Source of the DNA: an uncultured Nitrospinota bacterium
GTDB taxonomy: Bacteria > Nitrospinota > Nitrospinia > Nitrospinales > JAJDAT01
Reading direction: 5' to 3'
Length of the DNA: 64,000 nt
NCBI GenBank assembly: GCA_964344185.1
Contig: CAYFMN010000005.1
Coordinates: 65,516-129,515, forward strand
In this document: piece by piece, positions 31,222 through 39,871 of the stretch
Layout of the letters: the number at the start of each line of letters is the position of its first letter
Numbering within the stretch: the stretch's first letter is position 1
Notes under the pieces: model-generated
What the model saw: the letters and a program-made list of their open reading frames with translations, nothing else
Told to the model about the DNA's origin: nothing
Databases searched by the model: none
Made by a program: the position numbers and the translations under genes

Positions 31222-32247
31222 TTGTTAACCAAACTTAACCTTCGAGATTTTTTGTCTCGAAGGTTTTTTTATGGAGATGAAGTGATGGCTGTTTTATGCG
31301 ACTTTATTGGGAAATCGGAAAATTTGTCTAATATTTATAAAGAAAAACATATGGAGGTTGATAGCTTTAAATTAACAAAAAATAATAAGTTTAAAGCAAT
31401 AAGTAATTACGATCTTGGAATAAATTTTGTTCAACAAGAATACACGGAAAATAATCAATTTACTTCAGAAGCCGTAGTGAGGGAAGACACGGCAGTTCTA
31501 GCTTGGGGAAAATGGCCTAAAAATTGCGAAAATGGTCGAATTAGTTTCGACTCTGGAAAAAACTTTTTTTACATCATTTCGCGCGAATCAGATAAAAAAT
31601 TGATTTTAGATGGAGTCCCACGAAAAGGAAAGTTTGGTTATTCTATCCGCTTAACTGAATTTGATTTAGGAGAAGTCAAACTTTGCGCGAATAGAAGTTC
31701 TAATTTGAAATTTGAAGAATGGTCGATCAGTTTAGATGAAATTTCTAAAAATGTAGCGAATGAATATGTATCAGTTAGCGATGCCAAAGCTATTTCGACA
31801 GTAACCTGCTCTAATGTAGTTTCCGCTTCAGTCGTGGAAAATAAAGACGCGGAAAGTGTTTATTACTGGTTGGTCTTCTATCTACATCCAAATATCGATG
31901 AAAATGCAGAAGTAAAAATTTTTAACAAAGAGAATAAATTATGGAGAATAATAGCTAGAAGCAGAGCCGGCTTTTGGGAATATAACAATTCGCCTAACGC
32001 TAAAACGGAAACTTGGGTTTTAGCGTCGGCAAATGATTTTCTTCATGCTGTTTCTGAAGCTATATCTTCAAAAAAAGTAAATAGAATGGCAGGAGAAGAT
32101 TTAGTCGGAATAACAGAACAGGAGTGGAGTTTACTGAACGGTAGCTTGGTAGAAGCCGAATACTTTTCTAAAGGCATTACGTTAAATTCCGCAGATCCTA
32201 AAAATAATCCAGCCGTGTCTCAATTTTGCCTGGATTGTGAAAAATAA
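31222..32247 (+). CDS. truncated, diverged paralogue (B) of the tail-fibre-like family, lacking the conserved N- and C-terminal domains
   Basis: Shares several blocks with paralogues A and C: NFVQQEYTEN...WPKNCENGRISFDSG...IRLTEFDLGEVKL, EYVSVSD...VYYWLVF...AEVKIFNKENKLWRIIA...WEYNN, and NDFLHAVSEAIS...NRMAGEDLVGITEQEW...KGITLNS...NPAVSQF. The TTG start sits only 3 nt after AGGAGG, so the true start is uncertain. This may be a gene remnant. Confidence 0.55.
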   Translation: MLTKLNLRDFLSRRFFYGDEVMAVLCDFIGKSENLSNIYKEKHMEVDSFKLTKNNKFKAISNYDLGINFVQQEYTENNQFTSEAVVREDTAVLAWGKWPKNCENGRISFDSGKNFFYIISRESDKKLILDGVPRKGKFGYSIRLTEFDLGEVKLCANRSSNLKFEEWSISLDEISKNVANEYVSVSDAKAISTVTCSNVVSASVVENKDAESVYYWLVFYLHPNIDENAEVKIFNKENKLWRIIARSRAGFWEYNNSPNAKTETWVLASANDFLHAVSEAISSKKVNRMAGEDLVGITEQEWSLLNGSLVEAEYFSKGITLNSADPKNNPAVSQFCLDCEK

Positions 32248-32321
32248 TTGCGCGTCATTCAAAAGAATTTGTCAGATTAGCGGTAAGCCAAAATAATGTT
32301 TCAAGGAAAATTTTTTCGAGT

Positions 32322-32714
32322 TTAACTATTTTCAAGGATAACTTTTTGAATGGTTGGAATTACTTCTTTGATGCTGAGAGGTTTACTAATAAAACCGTTC
32401 ATCCCTGCGTCAAAACAATTTTGCTGATCGCTTTTATCTTCATTGGCGGTCATGGCAATGATTGGGGTTAGTTTTTTCGACGTTTCTTTTTCTAAGCGGC
32501 GGATTTCCCTAGTCGCCTCTAACCCATCCATTTCAGGCATTTGCATATCCATTAAAATTGCGTCGAACTCATTTTTTTGAAACTCTTCGAGAGCCAGTTT
32601 GCCATTTTCGACGGCAACGACATTATGTCCTTTCCGGGTGAGCAACTTTGTCGCTAGGGTTAGATTCAATGGGGTATCGTCGACTAACAATAGTTTTAAG
32701 TTTTCTTGGTCCAT
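32322..32714 (-). CDS. stand-alone response-regulator receiver (CheY-like) protein
   Basis: 130 aa with LLVDD, phospho-acceptor context [12 protein letters not shown], and the T (AMTA) and K (SKP) motifs. Confidence 0.85.
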   Translation of the reverse strand: MDQENLKLLLVDDTPLNLTLATKLLTRKGHNVVAVENGKLALEEFQKNEFDAILMDMQMPEMDGLEATREIRRLEKETSKKLTPIIAMTANEDKSDQQNCFDAGMNGFISKPLSIKEVIPTIQKVILENS

Positions 32715-32843
32715 GGCGGCAATTTATTAATAAAAAATAAGCAATTTTAAAGTTAAAAAATTTAATTCGAATTGCTCCCTAATGTTAACACGGGTTTGAA
32801 GGAAGTTGATTGAAAAAACCAACTTTAAAAAATAGAAATAAAG

Positions 32844-33740
32844 TTAGAATGATTTCCAAGCGCCAATTATTCTACCCACTACTGGGTCGGGATATTCTTT
32901 TAAGTTTACGATTTGAATTTGTGCGGAGGGGTTAAGAGGTCGAAGAATCAAGAAACTTTTTCCCACTTCTACATATTTTGCCGTTAAGCCATTTTCATGA
33001 AAGATTGCGTACATTTGATTTTTTTCTATGGTTTTATCATTTCGGTCAATAATTACTATGTCTCCCGAGTGTAATGTAGGTTCCATAGAATCTCCTTCAA
33101 CACGGCTGGCTACAAGGTTATTACGTCGACCTGTGGCGCGGGTATGTAATAAGACATAGTCTTCGATATTCTCATGCTGAATGATGGGTTGTCCCGCCGC
33201 AATAGAAGAATCGGTTAGAGGAATTGAAATATAATCTTCTTGGTTAATTGCGGGGCCTCTTTGATCCGGATAGCTATTGTAAACTTTTAGCTGAGGAAGA
33301 ACTCGCTCTGATTCAGGTTTATCGTCGGTTAATATATTTTGAATTGAGGTTCCCAAACTAGTGCAAATTTTATTTATTAATTCTGTCGAAAATGACCAGG
33401 TCCCTTTTTCATAAAACTCCAAAGAAAGTTCGGGAATATCGATTTTTTGAGCGAGTTTTTTAACGGAAAACCCTTTTTGTTCTCTCAAATTCTTAATCTT
33501 CTTTGCGATTTTTTTATCCCATTGAGAAGATGACTTTTTGCCTGTCAGGAGCCAATTGAAATCCGCATGAAAATATGAAGAAATAGTCAACAATATTTCA
33601 GAAGATGGAACCGTTCTCCGCTGTTTCCATTTTTTAAGAGTGTCGTAGTTAAGATCGGTAACCTGCGAAAAAGATCGCAGAGAATTCCCTTCCAATAATT
33701 GAAAAAACCGATCAAAAATTTCCCCACCATTAAGCTTCAT
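32844..33740 (-). CDS. LexA/CI-like autocleavable repressor: two N-terminal HTH domains + S24 peptidase domain
   Basis: 298 aa. Carries two Cro/CI-XRE-type HTH segments (...LRSFSQVTDLNYDTLKKWKQ... and ...GFSVKKLAQKIDIPELSLEFYEKG...), an Ala-Gly cleavage-site context IAAGQP, and S24 motifs GDSMEPTL (Ser) and GLTAKYV (Lys). Confidence 0.8.
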   Translation of the reverse strand: MKLNGGEIFDRFFQLLEGNSLRSFSQVTDLNYDTLKKWKQRRTVPSSEILLTISSYFHADFNWLLTGKKSSSQWDKKIAKKIKNLREQKGFSVKKLAQKIDIPELSLEFYEKGTWSFSTELINKICTSLGTSIQNILTDDKPESERVLPQLKVYNSYPDQRGPAINQEDYISIPLTDSSIAAGQPIIQHENIEDYVLLHTRATGRRNNLVASRVEGDSMEPTLHSGDIVIIDRNDKTIEKNQMYAIFHENGLTAKYVEVGKSFLILRPLNPSAQIQIVNLKEYPDPVVGRIIGAWKSF

Positions 33741-33760
33741 AAAAACCCATCAAAAAATTC

Positions 33761-33815
33761 TTGACAAAAAGGGACAATTGTCCCATATTTAATATCATGC
33801 GGGGACAAATGTACC
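33761..33815. promoter_or_regulatory. divergent promoter/operator region: TTGACA -35-like hexamer plus two palindromic operator sites
   Basis: TTGACA lies at 33761-33766. GGGACAATTGTCCC at 33771-33784 is a perfect 14-bp palindrome. GGGACAAATGTACC at 33802-33815 matches it at 12 of 14 positions. The operator centres are 31 bp apart. Confidence 0.55.
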
Positions 33816-34053
33816 TATAAATTGCCATAATATCTGGTTACCAAAAATTATTTTGGTTGTTTTCAATTGCCAAACTTATTGTTTTTTGGGTATTTGATTC
33901 GCCAAATACATTATGGCTCAGACTCTTTTAGGAATTATACCATCGATTGTTTTATTGCAAAGGACCTTTATGAAAATATTCGAAATTTTTAGACCAAAGG
34001 TAGGAATGTTTTTAAGAGATTGTCGTATTCCAATTTAATTCAGTTTTTAGAGA

Positions 34054-34077
34054 GGCAGACAACTTCTGCCATTTTTT
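34054..34077 (+). terminator. weak hairpin + T-run upstream of 34101 ORF
   Basis: ggcaga caact tctgcc followed by atttttt. The stem is only 6 bp. Confidence 0.3.
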
Positions 34078-34100
34078 GAAAGAAACATAGAAGTGGTGGA

Positions 34101-34550
34101 ATGCGACGGATGAAAAAATTGAAAATAAGAAGAGATAATTCTGCAATAAATCGTATGCAAATTTGTGGATCGCCTCGAGAAAATAAACAAAAAAGCAAAA
34201 AAGGAAAGGGATGTGGAGCTAGGGGAATGGTTCCAACTGTCGCAGGTTGGAAGTGTCTCTACTGCGGATTTTTTCGTTATTTTCCTCGCGTTGATGAAGA
34301 TCGGTTATGGGCGCACTTTAAGTGGGCTCGGGAATATTGGAAAGCGTACTATTTTAATGGCAATTATTACATAAATGGCTGTCCTGTATCTTTCGGTGTC
34401 GATCCTATTCCGCCATATCTATATGATGATTTAATGGAAGTTGAAACGCCAATTTGGTTTCGAGCCTTTGCTAATTTGGATGAAGATGATTTTGATCAGT
34501 ATCTGGATTTATATACCCGTAGTAGTTATTTTGTGGATTTGAAAGAGTAA
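34101..34550 (+). CDS. hypothetical protein with basic N-terminus and Cys-pair (zinc-ribbon-like) motif
   Basis: 149 aa. Cys pairs occur in QICGSP...KGCGARG...WKCLYCGFF. An alternative ATG lies at 34110. No family recognised. Confidence 0.5.
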   Translation: MRRMKKLKIRRDNSAINRMQICGSPRENKQKSKKGKGCGARGMVPTVAGWKCLYCGFFRYFPRVDEDRLWAHFKWAREYWKAYYFNGNYYINGCPVSFGVDPIPPYLYDDLMEVETPIWFRAFANLDEDDFDQYLDLYTRSSYFVDLKE

Positions 34551-34567
34551 AGCAGGGAGAAAAGTTT

Positions 34568-34912
34568 GTGAAAAAAAAAGGTTTAGATAATTGGAACGAA
34601 GATGAGGCAGTGTTAGATAGTAAACTGCAATTTTTCCAGAATGAGCATTTGGATCTAATGATTCAATCCAGATTGGCTCAATATATTCCCAATAGTGGGA
34701 GTAAAGAAAGTTGCTATCGATATTTGAAAAAAGAGCCTATTGATTTGGAAGACGCAAAATTAACGGATAAACAAATGATTGCTATTAGCTTGGTATTTTA
34801 TGGAAATATCCCGAAATCAAGAGCTGCTCGAGCTATGAAAATTACTTATCAATCGCTGAACGATCATATCAACGGAGCTTTAAAGAAGATCGAAAGAAGC
34901 TTATCTTGTTAA
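34568..34912 (+). CDS. small HTH protein resembling sigma-70 region 4 only
   Basis: 114 aa with a GTG start. LTDKQMIAISLVFYGNIPKSRAARAMKITYQSLNDHINGALKKIERSL matches the L(T/S)xxQRxV..L.Y.....EIA..LG.S...V...L.RA..KL pattern of sigma-70 region 4. Regions 2 and 3 are absent. Confidence 0.55.
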   Translation: MKKKGLDNWNEDEAVLDSKLQFFQNEHLDLMIQSRLAQYIPNSGSKESCYRYLKKEPIDLEDAKLTDKQMIAISLVFYGNIPKSRAARAMKITYQSLNDHINGALKKIERSLSC

Positions 34913-34949
34913 GGCTCTTTTGGTGATTTTGGTTTAGTTAATTTGTTTG

Positions 34950-36473
34950 TTATCCAGGAAACATGTACGACGGTGGAACGCTACGGTTTATTAGATTTTT
35001 GTTGGTAAATTTCTTAATGATTTGTTCGTTGCGTTTGTTTTGTTTTAGATAAACTATGGAAATAAGATCTTGATATATTTTTTTCCATTCAGGTGAGTTA
35101 TCAAGACCTTTACCGCTTTGATTGGTCTTTTTTACGATTAAAATATCAGATTCTTTTAGAATTTTTTTCCAATCCCGTTTCCTCTCCCAAAAGTTCCAAG
35201 CTTGACGAATAATAGGCTCGGGGTAAACGGTACGAAATCTTCCATCTAAAGCTACTTTCGACTTAGGCCTTTTCCATATTAAATATTCTCCCCAATCGAA
35301 AGGAGAGACAATATTGCCGTTGATATCGTTGTCTTCCAGAAACTGGGCTAAGTAAACAGGGTACACTGTCGGCTCAACGACTATTTGAAAATTATAATGC
35401 GCGTAAGAATGACTTGTAAATCCAATCTGGAGAACGATGAATAAACCTAAAGCGGTCTGCGACATTTTTCTGAATGGAGCAGAAAGAGTTTCCAAATTTT
35501 TTCTTATTTGTGGGTTGCTTAGGGTTGTTGCGATGAAATCGGCAAAGTACGGCGCTGAAATAATGGCTGCTAGTACGGTGTGTCTTTGACTTTTAAACGC
35601 AAAGAATATTGATATTGCTATAATTCCTATTTCCCATAATCGCTTTTTTTTGTTAAAGATAAGCGATATAAGAAACATGAAAGTTAAAGTTTTAAACGGC
35701 AAATGACTTGAATCAAACAATTGAATAGACCCCCACTCGTTAATTTTTCTGGGTAAAGACAGTGATTCAATAAAAAATGTCCAGAGTTTTATTCCGTAGG
35801 GATTTACTAAAACGGCAAAACAAGATCCGATGCAAATAATCGCTAATGATTTCCAAGAATGAAACTCCTCTCGTTTCGCGCGGAACGATTGGATAATCGT
35901 AACTGTCGTTAGAATTCCTAACCCCGCAATTACCCCGCCATGGCAATTAACCCATAAAAGAAAAACTCCAGGAATCCAGAAAATCCATTTATTATTATTT
36001 TCAAAAAATCGTTTTAGGATAAAAATTAATATTGCGGAAAATAAGAAGGTCATGAGTTGTGGTCGAACCATAAAACCTGGGCCCATGACTGGTATGATAA
36101 CGATTGACGATATCGCAAAAGGGTAGGGGTTTTTTCTAGAAGATCCAGATTGGCTTAATAAATAAATGACGGTCCAGCCAAGAGTTATTTTAAAGAATAG
36201 CAGGCCGCCCGATCCGAAGTTTGCGTATAATAAGTAAAATAAAACTTCGGTAAGCCATTCATGGTTTATCCATCGCTCTCCATTTGCAGTGAAAGAGTAT
36301 GAATCCGTTCCAGGAATTGAGCCTGATTCCCAAATTTCTCTACCAAATAAAATGTGACCCCATAGGTCTGGATCTGCCGATAAATATGAAAACTCCTTAA
36401 AAGCTAAAACGTAAACGAAAATAATACTTAATGTTTTTAATAGCGACAGATTACCCATGATTTTTTTAATCAA
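34950..36473 (-). CDS. large polytopic membrane protein (GT-C-like / O-antigen-ligase-like, unassigned)
   Basis: 507 aa with at least 10 hydrophobic spans, the periplasmic-loop motif ERWINHEWLTEV and a soluble C-terminal domain of about 130 aa. Confidence 0.5.
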   Translation of the reverse strand: MIKKIMGNLSLLKTLSIIFVYVLAFKEFSYLSADPDLWGHILFGREIWESGSIPGTDSYSFTANGERWINHEWLTEVLFYLLYANFGSGGLLFFKITLGWTVIYLLSQSGSSRKNPYPFAISSIVIIPVMGPGFMVRPQLMTFLFSAILIFILKRFFENNNKWIFWIPGVFLLWVNCHGGVIAGLGILTTVTIIQSFRAKREEFHSWKSLAIICIGSCFAVLVNPYGIKLWTFFIESLSLPRKINEWGSIQLFDSSHLPFKTLTFMFLISLIFNKKKRLWEIGIIAISIFFAFKSQRHTVLAAIISAPYFADFIATTLSNPQIRKNLETLSAPFRKMSQTALGLFIVLQIGFTSHSYAHYNFQIVVEPTVYPVYLAQFLEDNDINGNIVSPFDWGEYLIWKRPKSKVALDGRFRTVYPEPIIRQAWNFWERKRDWKKILKESDILIVKKTNQSGKGLDNSPEWKKIYQDLISIVYLKQNKRNEQIIKKFTNKNLINRSVPPSYMFPG

Positions 36474-36595
36474 AAATAGCTATTGAAAATGAGACTTTGT
36501 GTTTTAGCGAGCGTTTTTGTATTTAATTAAAAAGCGTTTTAAATTTCGAGTACTTTGTTATGCTATATTAACAAAAATTATTTAGAGGATATGTT

Positions 36596-37372
36596 TTGAA
36601 AATAGTCGTTTGCATTAAACAAGTGTTAGACACAGCCGCTAAGATAAACGTTCAAGACGGAAGGATAGATCCTTCCGGCATTCCTAGAATTATTAATCCT
36701 TATGACGAGTTCGCTATTGAAGAAGCGATTCGTATAAAAGAGAAAAAAGAAAACGTAGAGGTAGCGATTGTTTCATTAGGACCGGAAAACTCAAAAGAGG
36801 TTCTCCGATCTGGTTTGGCAATGGGCGCAGATAACGCAACTCATTTAATTGATCCTGAGTTTGAAACGCTCGATAATCTCGGGGTGGCTCATGTTTTAAG
36901 TTCTTATATAAAATCTATTCCTTTTGATTTAATTTTATGTGGTCGCCAAGCTGTGGACGATGATATGGGACAAGTTGGAGGCGCTTTGGCCGCTATTCTT
37001 GGACTGCCTTTGGCTACGGTCATGACCAAGTTAGATTTTTCAGAAGACGGTTCTAAAGCAATTGCAACTCGACAAATTGAAGGAGGTTCTGAAACTCTTG
37101 AATTGGGATTGCCTGCTTTGTTAACTTGTCAAAAGGGTTTAAACGAGCCTAGATTGCCTTCGCTTAAGGGTATTATGAAAGCAAAGAAAAAAGAAATTAA
37201 AATAATGGATTCTTCGGCGCTGGGATTGGAAAAGCTTCCTAAATCTACGGTAACTCTAGGGGATGCGTCGCTACCGCCTAAAAGGTCTGGTGGTTCTATT
37301 CTAGAGGGGTCCTCCGCAGAGAAAGTTTCTAAACTGGCTCGATTATTAAGAGACGAAGCTAAAGTTGTCTGA
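36596..37372 (+). CDS. etfB: electron transfer flavoprotein beta subunit (EtfB/FixA family)
   Basis: 258 aa with a TTG start. Has MKIVVCIKQVLDT...INPYDEFAIEEA...LILCGRQAVDDDMGQVG...LPSLKGIMKAKKK. Confidence 0.85.
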   Translation: MKIVVCIKQVLDTAAKINVQDGRIDPSGIPRIINPYDEFAIEEAIRIKEKKENVEVAIVSLGPENSKEVLRSGLAMGADNATHLIDPEFETLDNLGVAHVLSSYIKSIPFDLILCGRQAVDDDMGQVGGALAAILGLPLATVMTKLDFSEDGSKAIATRQIEGGSETLELGLPALLTCQKGLNEPRLPSLKGIMKAKKKEIKIMDSSALGLEKLPKSTVTLGDASLPPKRSGGSILEGSSAEKVSKLARLLRDEAKVV

Positions 37373-37440
37373 CAAAGCTCATTTAGGTAATATAAATCTG
37401 TTAAGCGGGAAAAATAAGAATTTAAACTTAATAAAAGATT

Positions 37441-37614
37441 ATGACTAATATCGTAAACCGCGCTAAAGAAATTGGAACTCGTTACAAAGGCGAGATAGGA
37501 CTTACTGTTCTTATCTTATATGTCTTTTTACTTGGTCTTGGAACTATTGGCGAGTTGTGGGAAATAGAATGGATTCTTGACCTTCCTCTCTTCCGACCTC
37601 CAGGAAAATATTAA
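37441..37614 (+). CDS. possible small membrane protein (57 aa; below ORF-track cutoff)
   Basis: ATG at 37441 to TAA at 37612-37614, translating to MTNIVNRAKEIGTRYKGEIGLTVLILYVFLLGLGTIGELWEIEWILDLPLFRPPGKY with one hydrophobic helix. It occupies the position where etfA would be expected. Confidence 0.3.
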   Translation: MTNIVNRAKEIGTRYKGEIGLTVLILYVFLLGLGTIGELWEIEWILDLPLFRPPGKY

Positions 37615-37805
37615 GGAAGAAAAGCGCAGAAGTTTTTTCCCTTGCCCTTTAAAGTTAATAAAACTCCTTAAATATTATCTATTTCCGTTTAATCGGATAT
37701 ATCTGCCTTTGTTTGTTATTGATTGTTCCTTTAGTGGAATTTTTGTTGCATTTTTATTAAAAAAAGCGAAAATAAAACGAAAATCATTTTAATAAAAATT
37801 ACACA

Positions 37806-38864
37806 ATGGCAAGTATTCCAAAAACAATTAGTGGAAGAGGGACTTCACAAAATCTACCCAACCGCTTTAAACCGTTTTCTCGAACAATAGACGGTTATTG
37901 CCATGAAACAGAAACTTCTGATCCTCAAACCGTTTTTTTTAAAGACGTTTCCCGATCAATTCTGTCCAAGAACGATAGCCCGGACATTCCTTTTGAATTG
38001 AGTTTAAATCCTTATAGAGGCTGCGAGCATGGGTGTGTTTACTGCTATGCGCGACCTATGCACGAATATTTAGAATGGTCAGCGGGATTGGATTTTGAAA
38101 CGAAAATATTAGTTAAAGAAAATGCGCCAGAGTTGCTTGAAAAAGCTTTTTCTTCTAAAACTTGGAAACCTCAAACGGTTGCGCTCAGCGGAGCTACAGA
38201 TCCTTACCAACCCGCTGAACGAAAATTCGAGATTTCCAGAAAGTGTCTTAAAGTTTTCCTAAAGTTTCGAAATCCGGTTGTCGCTATTACAAAAAATTAT
38301 TTAGCGATGCGAGATATCGATCTTTATTCACAATTAGCGCAACATAATTTAGCGGCTATATATATTTCGCTGAATAGTTTGGACGTTTCCCTTGCTCGCA
38401 AGATGGAACCTAGAGCTTCGTCTCCGGAGCGTCGATTAGAAGCTATTCGGAAATTGAGTGAAGCCAAAATTCCTGTTGGCGTCTTGGCGGCTCCGATTGT
38501 TCCGGGATTAAACGATTCTGAAATACCGGTTGTTCTAAGCGCAGCGGCGGAAGCAGGAGCAAAATTTGCGGGTTATGTTGTACTTAGGTTGCCACTCGCC
38601 GTCGAAGATTTATTTACCGAATGGTTAGAAGACGCTTATCCAAATAAAAAGGAAAAGGTTTTAAATCGTTTGCGTTCTTTGCGAGACGGCGAACTTTATA
38701 ATTCTGATTTTAGAACGCGCATGGTAGGGCAGGGAGTTTTTGCAAAACAAATTGCCGACTTGTTTAAACTCGCAAAGAAAAAAGCTGGGCTTTACAACAC
38801 AGGCCCAAAATTAGACGCCGATCAATTTATCCCGCCAAAAGGTCGTCAACTTTCATTATTTTAA
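37806..38864 (+). CDS. radical SAM protein (PA0069 / SplB-like COG1533 family)
   Basis: 352 aa with NPYRGCEHGCVYCYARP (CxxxCxxC) after a conserved N-terminus RGTSQNLPNRF. Confidence 0.8.
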   Translation: MASIPKTISGRGTSQNLPNRFKPFSRTIDGYCHETETSDPQTVFFKDVSRSILSKNDSPDIPFELSLNPYRGCEHGCVYCYARPMHEYLEWSAGLDFETKILVKENAPELLEKAFSSKTWKPQTVALSGATDPYQPAERKFEISRKCLKVFLKFRNPVVAITKNYLAMRDIDLYSQLAQHNLAAIYISLNSLDVSLARKMEPRASSPERRLEAIRKLSEAKIPVGVLAAPIVPGLNDSEIPVVLSAAAEAGAKFAGYVVLRLPLAVEDLFTEWLEDAYPNKKEKVLNRLRSLRDGELYNSDFRTRMVGQGVFAKQIADLFKLAKKKAGLYNTGPKLDADQFIPPKGRQLSLF

Positions 38865-38882
38865 CGGTTAAATTTTAACCTT

Positions 38883-39752
38883 TTAATTTTGCGGTTTATC
38901 CCAAGCGTCTTGAATTAACGTTAAAGGTTGATGGACCAGATGACATTTTTTACACGATTGTATTCCAATAGTTTCGACGCTTTGCCAGAATTTTTCGGGG
39001 TCTGGTTCTCCCGTTGCTAAATCCTTTTTCAGATCTTGAATAACTTCCAATATATCGTCGTTCACAAAAAATTGGCGAACGGATACCGCAGATCGAGACC
39101 ACTCTGAAACATGGCACTTGGAACATACTGATCGGAGTTCTTTTATCCTTTTTTGAAAATGATTAGCCGCTTGAAAAACTTTCATATATTGTTCTTGGGA
39201 AAAATTAACCGTCATTTCTTTAAAGTTTGACGATAAACGATACATGTAAGCTTTATAATCCATTTCTTCTTCGGAAATGGGATCTGCGACTTTTATTTTC
39301 TTTACGGACGGCATATGAAACTTTGCCCATACGGGTAAATAGTTTTGAGAATGGCATTTAGCGCAAGTTTTTGATACGGGACCAGACGCTTTTTTAATTT
39401 GTTTTGGATCGTGACTTTTCACGGATTCGTAGAAAGTTTCAGCCGCTTTTAAATCAAAAAGATCTTTCCATTCAGGAATCCATTTAGAAGCTTCGGTGTA
39501 ATTTTCCAAAAAACTTTTGGCTCCAGCTTCGGCATTTTTCCAATCGTTTTCTTTCATATCAACGAAAACTCCTCCGAAGGTCCCGCTAATTTTATGCATT
39601 TGTTGAATCCAGCGTGGAGTTTTGCTTTCCGGTGGATAGAACTTTTCTAATGATTTGGGCGGGGGAGAAATCACGTAATCGGCGGCTAAACTATAATTTG
39701 GAGCCAAAAACGCCAATATAACGGCAGCGGTCAAAATCATTCGGGTTTTCAT
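38883..39752 (-). CDS. exported tri-haem c-type cytochrome
   Basis: 289 aa with a signal peptide (MKTRMILTAAVILAFLAPNYSLA) and three CxxCH motifs (CAKCH, CSKCH, CKKCH). Confidence 0.75.
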   Translation of the reverse strand: MKTRMILTAAVILAFLAPNYSLAADYVISPPPKSLEKFYPPESKTPRWIQQMHKISGTFGGVFVDMKENDWKNAEAGAKSFLENYTEASKWIPEWKDLFDLKAAETFYESVKSHDPKQIKKASGPVSKTCAKCHSQNYLPVWAKFHMPSVKKIKVADPISEEEMDYKAYMYRLSSNFKEMTVNFSQEQYMKVFQAANHFQKRIKELRSVCSKCHVSEWSRSAVSVRQFFVNDDILEVIQDLKKDLATGEPDPEKFWQSVETIGIQSCKKCHLVHQPLTLIQDAWDKPQN

Positions 39753-39871
39753 GGGTCCTCTAATAGAAAACGATGAGACTATTTGTGAATACAGGAAAAG
39801 ATTTTTGTTTATTGTATTACATCAAAAAACCTATTTCCTGGTATTTTATTAATCAAAAGGAGATCATAAGT

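Noticed and set aside
33913-34038. 41-aa ORF (MAQTLLGIIPSIVLLQRTF...) as a Cro-like partner of the CI-like repressor
   Set aside because: It has no HTH-like sequence, no convincing RBS, and is hydrophobic rather than basic. There is insufficient evidence to call it.
34093-34099. Fifth GTGGTGG box preceded by a hairpin (34054-34070), just before the 34101 ORF
   Set aside because: The spacing (22 nt) and hairpin are unlike the other four copies. The GGTGG most likely acts as the Shine-Dalgarno sequence for the ATG at 34110. I treat this as coincidental.
30314-34912. Complete prophage (CI-like repressor plus fibre-like gene plus small ORFs)
   Set aside because: No integrase, terminase, portal, capsid, tail tube/sheath or att-like direct repeats are present. 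A CheY-like gene is interposed. At most this is a remnant or a domesticated regulatory module.
37577-37792. 71-aa ORF between etfB and the radical SAM gene
   Set aside because: It has a low-complexity, AT-rich translation, no RBS, and overlaps the end of a better small ORF (37441-37614). It is likely non-coding.
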